From Flaccisagitta enflata (lineage: Eukaryota): a stretch of 64,000 bases of DNA. The stretch lies in assembly GCA_965153355.1 (NCBI GenBank), contig OZ231126.1, forward strand, positions 21,762,001-21,826,000, read 5' to 3'. Positions within the stretch are counted from its first letter, which is position 1. Each line of letters opens with the position of its first letter. Of the stretch, positions 30,842 to 45,747 are shown piece after piece. A model generated the notes under the pieces. The model saw only the letters and a list, made by a program, of their open reading frames with translations. It did not search any database and had not been told where the DNA came from. The position numbers were made by a program, and so were the translations under genes.

Positions 30842-31309
30842 TTCAATTTTGTTACGGTTTTCAAGTGGTTCAAATGATTGTCAATGAGCGAAAATCACTG
30901 ATAACAGAATTATAAATGTCCCCATTTTAGGGGAAATGAATTTAATGTGATTGTGTGCAGAATATTTTGCCCGTTTGTTTCAGTCATTCGGCCAAATCCT
31001 GCAAAGTTATGAAGGTAATGGATATGAATTATCATCCACGGTATTTCTTCAAGTCAAGATTGAAACCTAGAAGCTCATTTTGAGACAGATATATTTGAGC
31101 CTAGGCCCTAGATCTTAACTCCCATCGATGTCAGCTGCAGTCAGTTACGACTTCTCAAGTCGTCAGGCAATTATGATCCTTTTAAGCTTTCATTTGATGC
31201 TTTTCCTATGTTCGCACTTGAAGAGAAAACCTCTTTTAAATGAATTAAGAGAATAGGTCACACCTTTCAGGTCTATAATGTACCATCAAATTCCCGTATT
31301 GATCTTTTG

Positions 31310-31399
<90 letters not shown>

Positions 31400-31530
31400 C
31401 TCTCTCTCTTTTCTTTTCCGGGTCATGTTTTATTACTGGTGATGTCCGGGTCTTCCCAATGAAGTAGTCCAACTAGCACTTGGGTAATCGTTCATCGGTG
31501 ACCACTCCTCTGCTTTTCTCTCTCTCTTTC

Positions 31531-31653
<123 letters not shown>

Positions 31654-32177
31654 TGTCTGATATTCAACTGCTCGTAAAACAGTTACCAGGCCGTATCTAT
31701 TCGTAACATCACCAGTTTAATAGTTAACTTTATTCCTGAAAATTTGATGTACGATGTAAATTTGGAATTCTGTTTAAGCTGGAAATGAATTGTCTCTAAT
31801 TTCTCTAATCATTAAGACATTAGGTTGGAGTAAGTGCGTCCTTAACCCTACATTTAGCTTATTGTAAGTTCATGAGAGTTGGGACATTGATGGAGGTTGG
31901 GATGGCGGCTATACAGGAGTCAACTATCGGAGATTTCCCGATTTGTCTAAATTGATCAAGATTTGTCTTGATTTCTCTTGATTTGTCTAGGTTAGGCTAG
32001 ATTTAGCGGTCTGCATCAGTAGGTATTTTCTGTAGCTAAAAAAGTAAACTGCTTAAGCTTCTATCTCTTTGGACAGGTGAAACACACGTTTGCTATTCAC
32101 ACAAAGTCCGAGTATTTTCTGACTTAGAGTCAGCAACAAATAATACAAGGTCTTTAGACCAAAGATTGAAGAACCAG

Positions 32178-32372
32178 AGGCTAGATCTGGCCAGATCTGA
32201 CTAGGTTTGGCTAGATCTGGCTAGATTGGGATAGATCGAGCTAGATCAGGCTAGATCTCGCTAGATTGGGCTATATCTGGCTATATCGGGCTATATTGGG
32301 CTATATCGGGCTAGATTTGGCTAGATCTGGCTAGATCTGGCTAGATCTGGCTAGATCTGGCTAGATCTGGCC
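32178..32372. repeat. 10-bp tandem repeat (gctagatctg)n
   Basis: Direct inspection. Confidence 0.9.
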
Positions 32373-32603
32373 ATGTCTAACACACGCGACATTGTCCGTT
32401 TTAACGATAGTTTGGCCATCTGAAATCCAAGATTTGATGGGCAAGGAAGCGTTGATATTTTCAGGCGCCTAATGAATTTGTTCTCCAGCGACGGATCGCA
32501 TGGGCAATGATTGCGCATGGCCTTTCGGAAAACAATATGCCGATTCATGCTCATCAAGCCCGGGTAGACCTCCCCGGTTAACAACAACAACAACAACAAC
32601 AAT

Positions 32604-32687
<84 letters not shown>

Positions 32688-32834
32688 AGGGAGTATGAAT
32701 GTAGTGAGGAATGTATCCCTTGTTTGTCTGTTGGTTTTTCTGTCTCTATCTCTCTGTCGGTTTGTTTATCTGTCTATATCTGTCTCTGTCTGTCTGTTAC
32801 TGTCTGTCCGTCTCTCTTCCTCTCTATCTCTCTT

Positions 32835-32942
<108 letters not shown>

Positions 32943-33191
32943 ATATCTCATCGCATATCCAAAATGACGTTGCCTTGAACGGTGCAATAAAATTAGTCAA
33001 GTTCAATCAAATGTATTTTTACTGTTCACGGTCAGCGCGCTGCACCAACGGGAACTGAATGAGACTGACTGAGACTTGCCGATATCGAAGGCGAGCGCCT
33101 CTGAAATACCATTTACGACGACAGATATCATTTCTCACCACGGCTATGGAAACCGCCGCTGTATATGGGCACTCACTACGGTGCGTGTACG

Positions 33192-33254
<63 letters not shown>

Positions 33255-33306
33255 GAATATCTATGGTGTCCACCTCATGCGGCCGGAATCATTCTCCGTC
33301 TCTCGT

Positions 33307-33347
33307 TGGCGGCGTTGATCAAAGGCAGCTTCAAAGGTTCGCCGCCG
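33307..33347. promoter_or_regulatory. Candidate Wnt/TCF response element (2 HMG sites + 2 Helper sites)
   Basis: TGGCGGC-gt-TGATCAAAGG-cag-CTTCAAAGG-ttc-GCCGCCG, within non-repetitive DNA. Confidence 0.5.
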
Positions 33348-33984
33348 TCATAGACTTTGTGTGGTCAAGCTCCGGACTATTCATGGGCCAACAGTCCGAC
33401 TTGGATCCCAATCACTCCAATTGAACCCTAACGGGAATCATATTGCCTTCTCAATTGCCCCTCATTGTCTCAACGACAGTCTAGACGATGGGGTAAATGA
33501 CCTTTCGGTAGCTTTCATCTTCGCCGCTCTGCTGTAAGTCACGATGGAAGGAAAGAGGACTTTGGTTTGTGGACGTTACATTCCTTCTTATTCTCTCCTC
33601 TCGATCTACGATATACAGGAGGAAAGGAGATTGCGTGAGAACGGTTTGAGCCATTGCGTAATGCGGAATAGATTCACGGTGATACTACAGTGGAGCACCG
33701 CTAAAGTGAACCCGCTCATAAAGAATGCCAACCTGTAAAGCATGCAACCCACTGCAGTTTTGCAGTTATTTCTACATTGGCAATGAGACAGCTTCAGTAT
33801 AGAGCATAATTTTGCTCAGTCCCTTGAAATGCGCTCTAGTGAAGCTCAACTGTATCCAAATTTGTTACATAGTTAATACATTTCCTGTTTTGATTGTGGG
33901 TCTGCAATATTTGCGCAATTGTGATCGGCACTCTTCGATTGTCTTCGTTACATAGATGCAGAAATCAGAGAGCCGATTTAGCGA

Positions 33985-34200
33985 TTTTTAGACGCGTGCT
34001 ACGCGACTCTACACCCCGCTTTGTCGGTCCGTCCGTCGGTCCGTCCGTCCGTCCGTCCATTGCACTTTATTTTTTTTTAGTTTTTGCGGTCCATGGCCTC
34101 ATTGCTCCTGCCCAAGTGATCAAGTGACCTCAAATGCGGCCCCTGCCCACCTGCACGCGACCGGGGTAGCCGTGTTGGCCCGTGTATCCGGCCTTGTTTT
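33985..34200 (+). mobile_element. HINE-like element
   Basis: agacgcgtgctacgcgact, GTCC repeats, 3' gcacgcgacc...gtgtatccggccttgttt. Confidence 0.75.
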
Positions 34201-34322
34201 TTTACCAGTTTTACCCAGATTCTATCGAAAAATTCATTTTCATTTCCATGTTTGCCGTTTTCTTACTTGACGTTACTGATCCTCCACTTAGCGTGGTGTG
34301 TATCCTTTTATTTCTTCTCTCA

Positions 34323-34421
<99 letters not shown>

Positions 34422-34668
34422 GTTGAGAAAAGTTCATTGAGAGTCTTGAAAGTAATTGATATTTGTAAAGGAGGCACCGACTTTCATAAACGCACCAATG
34501 ACGGTGGAGACTTTTGAGCCAACAGCCAATGAGAATCCAGGATGCTGAAATATTGTCCATTACAGTTAAAAATCCGTGACGCGAGAGATTGAAATCTTCG
34601 CTTTACTGTCTAGACAGACTGACGTTCATATCCCGTCTGACCACCGATGAGAACATGAAAGAGAAGAT

Positions 34669-34718
<50 letters not shown>

Positions 34719-35461
34719 ACATGTACAACGTCGGTCTTTCAGTCTCATTTGCATACAACTTCACGCTAACCTCCATCATTGATTGAATGTGCGAACTCGG
34801 TGGGGCGTTGGACAAACCTCGATGATACGGGCACATTGAACAAAGTGGAGAGACGAGGAGAGATATATATTCATTTTAGTCATATTTACTTTTTTTTTTT
34901 TCTTTTTGAAATTTTACGTCACTTTTGACTTGATCTGTTTGTGTATACATGTATACATAGATTTGTGGGGTGCAGAGATAGTTGTTTGTATGGCTGTCTA
35001 CATCGTCCCTTTGTACATCGCTTCTTCTTTTTGTTGCCTGTACAATAAACCTGTTTCATTCATTCGAGGAGAGATAGAGAAGGATGAAAAGGAAAGATAG
35101 CGATGGAGGTTTGGGGGTACACAAGGAAGGAATGATTTGAATATGGAGTAAAGAGAAGGTGATAGACAGGATGGAGGAACAGAAATCAAGTACTTTAGGA
35201 AGATACAAAATGTTACGGAATAACATTATAGTGGGCCTGTAAAAAAATTCTCCAATAAAATTCAAACAACCAAGGGGAAAACTGAGTGGAGAAGGAGGTG
35301 GTGGATTGAGGCAATGCACATCAGTTGCGCAAGAGAAGCGTGGAGATCAGCAGATAATTGCAAGGGCAGGTTTAGCGGGAAAGAAACTGAGTGTGGCCTA
35401 TGTGAAATATCAGAAAGCAAATGGAAGGCAAAAACGGTAGCAACAACCACAACAACAACAG

Positions 35462-35509
<48 letters not shown>

Positions 35510-35546
35510 CCAATATCGCAAATGTCATATCAATTTATTATGACAA

Positions 35547-35581
<35 letters not shown>

Positions 35582-35604
35582 GCAACAACAACAACAACAA
35601 CAGC

Positions 35605-35692
<88 letters not shown>

Positions 35693-35750
35693 GCAACAAC
35701 AACAACAACAACAACAGCAAAAACAACAGCGACAATAATGACAACAACAA

Positions 35751-35781
<31 letters not shown>

Positions 35782-35878
35782 AGCAACAACAACAACAACA
35801 ACAACAGCAACAACAACAACAAGCAGCAAAAACAGCAGCGACAACGACAAACGACAACAACGACAACAATACCAATAA

Positions 35879-35919
<41 letters not shown>

Positions 35920-35921
35920 GC

Positions 35922-35974
<53 letters not shown>

Positions 35975-36328
35975 CTACAACAACAATAACAATAACAATA
36001 ACAATAACAACAACAACAACCGAAAGCAGCAGCAGTTGAAACGCAGCATCATGAACACAAAACAAAAATGATACAAGAAAAAAATGATAACGGCCGACGT
36101 TTTACGCCATTGCCGATAACGAGGGAGAAGTCGAAGAAAAGAAATTAAAGCCGTCAGTAAAAACAGCAACAAAACCGATTCAAAGCGTCGTTTTAAAAGC
36201 TAACTCGTTTCTTCTGTCTTTATGGCGATTGCCTCGCTTGGTTGGTTAATTTGTTTCTGCTATTGCATTGGTTGAGTTGTCTGTTCGTACTGTAAATCTA
36301 TGAACGAAAACGTGCGTATCGGTGTGTG

Positions 36329-36621
<293 letters not shown>

Positions 36622-36684
36622 TTGTGTGTTTGTGTGTCTATGTGTGTGTGTATGTGCCTGTGTGTCTGTGTCTGTGTGTCTGTG

Positions 36685-36783
<99 letters not shown>

Positions 36784-37575
36784 CTCTAACTTTTTTTCTT
36801 CGATTTGAAGTCACAAAACAGATTTTTATGACATCTTCTCCTTCTTTTTTTCTCTCTTCGCATTTCTTTTTTTCCCCAACCCTGGCGGTGCTGCCATCAG
36901 AACAGAGTGGCAACGCTTCTTACTTCTGCCTCCATTCTCCCCCTCTTCATCCTTCTCCTCCTCCTTTTACTCCTTCTCATCATAGAATGTCACCTTCCTC
37001 TTCCTCTTCTTTTCTCTTTTTTCCCTTTTCAAACGAAACGACATCCTCTCTCAGTTTCATTCTCCTCCTCCTACTGTTTCAATATGCCTTTCTACTTCAT
37101 TCAGCGGTTTCCATCCTCCTCCTCTTCTTCCTCTTCCCTCTCTTCCTCCTCTTTTTCTCAATGCTTCTTTTCTCCTCTCTTTCAATTCTTTTCTATCTGT
37201 GTCTCCATGCTCCATCCTAAAGTGACATCTGGGGGAAAGAGAGTGAAATGAGAGAGACAGAGAGCGACAGAGAGTCTGGGTTTGTTTCATTGATTGTCTT
37301 CCAATTTTATTTTCTTCCAACATTCTGTCTTTTGCTCTTTCTTACCTTCTACCTTTTCTGTTATGGTGTAAGTGCCGGGAAGTAAAATGACGACACAGCA
37401 ATATGATGAGGAGACAATTTACTATCTGTGGGATGTAATGTGATATTATATTGTATCCAAGGATATGATTTGATATCAAAGGAGATATTAACATCATAAC
37501 ATGTCCATCGAAATAGGAGCTATTCAAAACAATAATGATTTACTAGGCAAAGCGTAACCAGTCGGTAGTCCTGAA

Positions 37576-37778
37576 ACAAGGCGGGATACACGGCTACCGA
37601 AGTCGCGTGCGGGTGGGCAGGGGCCACATTTGAGGTCACTAGACCATTTGGGCAGGAGCAGTGAGGTCAAAGAAATAAAATCATAAAAAAAGTAAAATGT
37701 GACCGACCGACCAACCGTCCAACCGACCAACCAATCGACGGACAAAGCAGGTTGTAGAGTCGCGTGCACGCGACTAAA
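37576..37778 (-). mobile_element. HINE-like element
   Basis: acaaggcgggatacacggc...agtcgcgtgc...agtcgcgtgcacgcgact-aaa. Confidence 0.75.
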
Positions 37779-37932
37779 GATTGAAAATTTCAGGGATTAT
37801 CAACTTATTCGATACAAGCAAGTATCACTCAATTTAACACGTCCGCACCATGTAACAGACCTGCGATGTCATGATAAGAAGGTTCTTGAATCATGAATCG
37901 AGCATTGTCCTTGATTTTATCCTTTTAGGGTA

Positions 37933-38681
37933 CCCTGTTTTCAAAAGCAACTGCAACCAGCAAAAACCTCTATTGTGCCCAAAGTATTCACATTTGGAAA
38001 TTCAGATGGGTTCTGTCTAGAAGCACATGACCTACCATACATTCATGCAAAGTTTCATAGTAGTGCTCCAGTAGTTTGGCTTCCACATAATTTTGAGTAA
38101 AAATGTAGTAAGCCCCATAAGAGACTCGTCAAAAATTTGATTGAATGACCCCCATTACTTTAACATAATGTCATTTCTCAATTCTCTAAGAATCAAATGA
38201 AAATTGCCAGGTTGGTCTTTAAACATGGATAATGATCTTTTTTTATGCATCTTAAGAAAAAACAATCAAAATTGTAATATTTATGTTTTTTTTATGTGGC
38301 AAATTTGATTTTTCCTCTGATTTTTCTAAGTCTGAAAAGGTTTTTCACCCCATCAAATGTCATAAAAGGCCTCAATTTGTTACAAAAATCATGAAAAATT
38401 ATAATTGATGCAAAAGAGGGGTGAATTAATATCCATTTATGTCCAACATGGTCATTTTAGCTCAATTCTTACAAAGATAACAACAGTTTATTGATGTTAA
38501 TTTCTGTAAAAATGCTATCTTTAAGTAAAACTTCATCAAATTTCAGCATATCTCAAAAATATGCAGAAGGTAAACTACTTGAGCCACCGCTATGAAATTT
38601 TGCTTTTAGACAAAACAAATCCGGATGTCCAAATATGATTACTTTAGGTTTTGCTGGTTGCAGTCGCTTTTGAAAACAGGG
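37933..38681. mobile_element. TA-flanked MITE (Tc1/mariner-type)
   Basis: TA|ccctgttttcaaaagcaactgcaaccagcaaaa ... ttttgctggttgcagtcgcttttgaaaacaggg|TA. Confidence 0.85.
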
Positions 38682-38900
38682 TATGGTTTCTTAAAAAATG
38701 TTGCCCTCGGGGGAATCATAGAATTTTTCGGCCCTATCTATTTCTTGAGAGCAATAGGGTTTTGAGTTACACTCAGAAGAGACATTGGCCTAATTAGTTT
38801 TGCAAAAAAGAAAACCAGGAGTGATGCACGTAATAACTGATTAGAACACTTTCCTTTAAAAGTGAGGGTCATAGGAGAGAACCCAGGGTGTACAATTGTA

Positions 38901-39504
38901 ACAGGGTGTCAAATGAATTTGGTAAAAACATTTTTGTACAAACACTCTACTTCTAAATGGTCCAGTAAGCTGTCATTTGGTATGTACCCTCCTAATTAGT
39001 TCTATTACATGTTCGAATGCAGCTTTTCATGAGGACTCTCCGGGTTTAAAAAGAAAGGAGTTATGCATGAAACCAAATTTCCAAATCTATGGGATTTTTA
39101 CCGGTAAAAAAAACGTTATGGATGGTAACCATATGGTTAACTATGACAACAAGTTTGGTATCCCAACCAGGTCAACAAATAGGGGGATATACATAATTAT
39201 TGAACCAGGACTGCCCTACTGTCACAAATTTGGATTAAGGTATTGAAAAAATCCGCTGAAATAATCCTAAAGATACCATCTATTTACGTTTGTCTATCAA
39301 AACCAATTTTCTCAAGATCACTGCAGAGGAACCTTTCCTGCCGAGTACAGATCTCATTTATTGAATTTTTGCTGCCTGTGTGAGAATGAATATTCTTTGA
39401 CAACCAATCTTTAAACTTGACTCTTTTTTCAACAGAAATAATCATTTAGGAATAGTTTTTGGATGTTCCCTATCAAATTTTACCAAATTTATTGGACACC
39501 CTGT
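38901..39504. mobile_element. TA-flanked MITE (Tc1/mariner-type)
   Basis: TA|acagggtgtcaaatgaatttggtaaaa ... tttaccaaatttattggacaccctgt|TA. Confidence 0.8.
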
Positions 39505-40212
39505 TATATGGACCCCATGGACTTATGGACTCATGGAGGTAACACAGGAGTTTGAGGGGGCGCTTAAAACGCTGAGTCGGTCCCGAGTCCAACAACTGCG
39601 ATGATTGCTATGCTGCGTTAAAACAGGTTGCCATATTGCCAAATCCCTTGGGGTGCGCTTGATTGAAGCTCAAATGTACCTATAAAGAAGCATCAACTGT
39701 AAAGAGTTGCAACAAAATGTGTTACTACCTAGGACATACGTCTACGTTCACTTAAAGAATAAGTGCATTTATGCAAAAATATCAACAAAGAGAGGTGCTT
39801 TTTTTTATTAAAAGTTCATTGGAAGTCCCGCCTAGGCAGTAACTACTTCCATTTGGCATAGTAATAATTTGCGAAGCCTCATTACGATTTCAATCAAGAT
39901 ATGTCACAAGAACTTTTTTTTCGCATATTCAGTTGATAAAACTTTTACTTTCTACTCTCTACTTATCTTTGCTAGAAGTGTGGTTATCACTACTTGTCCT
40001 CCAAAGAGTTTCACTAGATGATATTGGATACTGCTCTTCACTATCTTTCCCTCGCAGTCCCTCAAACGAAAAATTGAGACAACACTATTATTGTGATGGT
40101 ACGTAAATGATAATTTGATTACTTTTTTTAAAACACTTCATTTTTACATATTTTGAGAACATCCACCGATTGCGGGAAAAATGTGAGTGACGTGGGAACG
40201 CGATCATAAGCG

Positions 40213-40797
40213 CTAATCAGAGGTAACATAAGATCCGCACCCGAGGGCTCTGTCGTGACAAGTGCACAAAATTCCCCTTTCAAGAAGCCGGTTAGGAGGC
40301 TCAATGCCGCCGGTTCCATCCAATTCCAAACGAAGGCCGAGCTCAGACCCTTGAATCCATTTGTTGCTCGATTTTGCTTTAGAGCTCACCAAATCCGGAT
40401 CCACAGGCTTGTTACCGTTAATAAACTGCGGCTGAACTTCGAAGTTCCCGTTTTCCAGCCGAACTCGATTTAGTTGTGCACCGATATAGTAATAATTGAC
40501 ATCGTTATACTTGTGTTGAACATCCCGGCGCTCGGTCCACAGAATATCGGCCATTATGTTCATGGCTTCCTTGTCAATTCATCAAATCGAAGCCATTGCC
40601 CAACTTCTTGCACTCACCTTTCGCCGCATCCCATCTAATTGGCCACTCCAATCTCTTCCAAATAACGAAATCATTGACATCATCACTAAAATCTATCACT
40701 CCCATATGCTCCTTATCGGACAAACTGATCCATTTGCTGTCGATATCCTTTATCCAGTTTTGAAACTGTTTCGAAATCATATGTATCCATTCATCCA
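40213..40797 (-). CDS. Secreted Cys-rich/lectin-like gene, terminal exon: divergent C-type-lectin-like domain with one frameshift near 40576 (possible pseudogene or assembly error)
   Basis: Branch-like tactgac, pyrimidine tract and ttcag| acceptor, phase 1. Reads WDAAKGECKKLGNGFDLMN[shift]DKEAMNIM...YYYIGA...FINGNKPV...RGILC, resembling the CTLD pattern W-x-x-A-x-x-x-C...L...WIG...IC. Joins the track ORFs 40574-40798 and 40213-40563. Confidence 0.6.
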
Positions 40798-40973
40798 CTG
40801 AACAAAAAATGGAAAAAGTTTAAGTCAGTAAAACAATTTTGATCCAAGGAGTTTATGACAAGTGGAACAATATCTATCTACCAAAAAAGTAGACCAATAA
40901 AGGCGGCTAATCGCCGACTGTAAAAAAGTCGTAAATTGGTGTGTCTTTTTTTCAGTGCATGTTTTTCTGTGTG

Positions 40974-41822
<849 letters not shown>

Positions 41823-42957
41823 GAATAAAATATCAAAGCTACCGTCATAAAACTTAGGGTCAATTTGCCTAACATCTTTAGTATATCCTAGTGTTACATA
41901 AGGCTAAAAAATGGGATCTATGAAAAATATCATTTTTTTCAAAAATGCGAAAAGATAAAAAAAGATTCAAAAATTCATAACGCCAAAACTAACGATCGTA
42001 GAGACTTCTGGTTGGCGCCATTTGAAAGAGAAAAATAAGTTCTTTCTTAGCTGTGAGTATCCAAAAATGTATCATCCCAGCCCAAAAACTGCACAACTTT
42101 CAAAAATTGCTGCAAACCGAAAATGGAAAAATTTATTTCTCCCCTACATTTCAAAAAGTCGAATTACGTAATTCGACTTTTTTCCAACTATTGTCTTGCG
42201 AGCCCTCACTGACTACTTACAAAGGGCATCACTCCATCTTGCGAACCTAAAATAGCAAACATCTGACCCAAAATACTATCTATAACCAAATAGATACGGG
42301 CAGACGATTGTTACCTCTGTTACCAAAATTCAACAAGTAACCCGAGAGCAACATAGTTGATTTTTATATACCATTATTTTTTTAGTTGTATCAGTTTTGT
42401 CGTGGCTCTTATTTCTAAATGCTTACATCACAGCAATGTGAATGGTGTTTTTCAAAACAAATGTGATGTACTGATGTAAGTCTAGACTCTCGCCAATATC
42501 TACATGGTTGTGGCATATTTTTTTAGAATTCATGACAAGTGGAACTATATCCCTCACTATACCCAAACTGAAAAAATTGGAAGAGGGCCGTGTGAACCCT
42601 CATTGACTAGTTTATTCGCGCACCATTCCTAATTTTCCTAAAAACAGAATCTGAAAAACAATCTGCCTCACGTAACCAAAAAGCGTACTGCTCACCAGAA
42701 GTAGTTGAAGGCAAATGATTGTTACTTGTGTTACCAAGATTTGATAAATCACCCAAGGGCAACATTGTTAAGAAACCATACCCTCAAAGGATTGAATCGA
42801 GGTCAAGCATAATACGACCGCCGGACATTCTAATCCAAGGTAATGAGTAGTTTGATAAGTGGAACAATATCCCTTACTAAACCCAAACTGAAATAAATGG
42901 AGTGTCTAGTTGAGCTCGCCGATCAACTTTTTTTTCATGGTTGAAGGTTGTACATAC

Positions 42958-43182
42958 TTGGAGCGAGTTGCCAATTTACGAACCGCGTTGAGCGTTGATT
43001 ATCAACCGACTTTTGGTCGAATGGAATCATAACGTAGCTTTTACCATTCAACTTCATCCCATTTATATGATTTTCCAACTTTTCTTTGACGATGACATTT
43101 AATTCTGCATCGAGAGAGGACGCAACGATAGTAACAAAGGGTGAAAGACCTTTTGATGAGAGGGTATGCCTTTGCTTTGCAC
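42958..43182 (-). CDS. Secreted Cys-rich/lectin-like gene, exon 4 (spacer AKQRHTLSSK...VNWQLAP)
   Basis: Acceptor cctttttaag|, donor A|GTATGT; 225 nt, open frame, phase 1-1. Confidence 0.7.
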
Positions 43183-43258
43183 CTTAAAAAGGTTCTTTCT
43201 CCAAATTCTTTAGAGCGATTTCAATGACTGCCTTTCTTTTGAGGAATATCAACAGTTC

Positions 43259-43566
<308 letters not shown>

Positions 43567-43666
43567 CTGGTTACTTGCGCAGATTTGAAGCAATACCAAG
43601 ACAATATGAGAAATTTTTTTCAAGATTTTGATGTAAAAGCTCTAATGTGAGATCAATAAGACGTAC

Positions 43667-43852
43667 TTTTTACGCAACAATGTTTGAATTTGCAGCCATT
43701 AATGCCAACGCATTCTCGACCATTCGTCCATCCGCGTCTACAACAAACGCCGATTCCACAGTAGGGACACTCTCCTCCGCGTCCTCTACATCCTCCTTTA
43801 TTCCAGCATTCCTCGTTTTCATGACGTAGGTAATCATAATGTTCGAGAATTC
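43667..43852 (-). CDS. Secreted Cys-rich/lectin-like gene, exon 3: 10-Cys module
   Basis: Acceptor aacccag|, donor A|GTACGT; 186 nt, phase 1-1. Translates ILEHYDYLRHENEECWNKGGCRGRGGECPYCGIGVCCRRGWTNGRECVGINGCKFKHCCVK. Confidence 0.8.
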
Positions 43853-44039
43853 CTGGGTTAAAAATTCATATCCAAATTAATTTGCTTGACTTCTAAACAA
43901 GCCCGACCGGGCAACGATGCGTCCGGACTGTGTCTCTGCGTGTATTGACTAAATACGTGACATATATGGAGATACAGATGGACAGACAGATGAAGCGACA
44001 GAATAGTGCATGAGGCTCTCAAAACACGTTTGTTGATCA

Positions 44040-45747
44040 TTAGATTCAGTACGGGATCTCACCGTGGCCTAATCAGTCGAGAAACGCGGTTTTCGCACAG
44101 GCGTTACGGACGGACGGACGGACGGACGGACGGACGGACGGACGGACGGACGGACGGACGGACGGACGGACGGACGGACGGACGGACGGACGGACGAACG
44201 GACGGACGGACCGACGGACGGACCGACCAGGCTCAAACCAGGCTCAAACCAGGCTCAAACCAGACTCAAACCAGACTCAAACCAGACTCAAACCAGACTC
44301 AAACCAGACTCAAATCAGAATGAAACCAAACCAAAACCAGACCAAAACCAGACCGAAACCAGACCTAAATCAGACCTAAATCAAACATAAACCAGACAAA
44401 AACCAGACATACACCAGACCTAAACCAGACCTAACCCAGACCTAAACCAGACATTAATCAGACATGAACCAGTCTTAAACCAGACCTTAACCATACTTAA
44501 ACCAGACTTAAACCACACTTAAACCAGACTTAAACCAGACTTAAACCATACTTAAACCATACTTATCTTTAATATCATTTAAACCAGCAGACTTAAACCA
44601 GCAGACTTAAACCATAGATTTAAACCAGCAGACTTAAACCAGATTTAAACCAGCAGACTTTAACCAGCAGACTTAACCCATTAGATTTAAACCAGCAGAC
44701 TTAAACCAGCAGATTTAAACCAGCAGATTTAAACCAGCGAGCTTTAACCATCAGACTTTACCCAGCAGACTTTAACCAGCAGACTTTAACCAGCAGACTT
44801 AAACCAGCAGACTTTAACAAGCAGACTTTAACCAAAAATGACCAAAAATGACCAAAAATGACCAAAAATGACCAAAAATGACCAAAAATGACCAAAAATG
44901 ACCAAAAATGACCAAAAATGACCAAAAATGACCAAAATGACCAAAATGACCAAAATGACCAAAAATGACCAAAAATGACCAAAAATGACCAAAATGACCA
45001 AAAATGACCAAAGATGACCAAAAATGACCAAAATGACCAAAAATGACCAAAAAGACCAAAAATTACCAAAAATTACCAAAAATGATCAAAAATGATCAAA
45101 AATGACCAAAATGACCAAAATGACCAAAAAATGACCAAAATGACCAAAAATGTCCAAAAATGACCAAAAATGACCAAAAATGACTAACAATGATCAAAAT
45201 GACCAAAATGACCAAAAATGACCAAAAATGACCAAAAATGACCAAAAATGACCAAAAATGACCAAAAATGACCAAAAATGACCAAAAATGACCAAAAATG
45301 ACCAAAAATGACCAAAAATGACCAAAAATGACCAAAAATGATAAAAAATGGCCAAAAATGACCAAAATGACCAAAATGATCATAATGACCAAAAATGACC
45401 AAAAATGACCAAGAATGACCAAAATGACCAAAAATGACCAAAAATAATTAGAAATAATCAAAAATAATAAAAAATGACCAAAAATGACCAAAAATGACCA
45501 AAATGACCAAAATGACCAAAATGACCAAAACTGACCAAAACTGACCAAAAATAACCAAAAATAACCAAAAATGACTAAAAGCAACCAATGATTCCCAAAA
45601 ACATCAAAAAAATGATTCAAAATAACTCCAGACGACCCAAAAAGACGAAAAAAAGCAAAGTGTTACGGACCGACCGACGGACCGACGGACCGACCGACGG
45701 ACCGACCGACGGGGCGGGTTGTAGAGTCGCGTGCACGCGACTAAAAA
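44040..45747 (-). mobile_element. HINE-like element(s) carrying stacked tandem arrays
   Basis: (GGAC)n, then aaaccagact-type and aaaccagcagactt-type arrays, then (aaaatgacca)n at 44830-45580; ends agtcgcgtgcacgcgact-aaaaa. Left boundary uncertain. Confidence 0.6.

Noticed and set aside
41854-42272. Possible PIF/Harbinger-like MITE (gggtca...tgaccc)
   Set aside because: The TIR is too short and the flanks do not form a matching TSD.
43184-43186. Apparent in-frame TAA in exon 4 of the lectin-like gene
   Set aside because: It falls within the acceptor (tttttaag|) and is therefore intronic.
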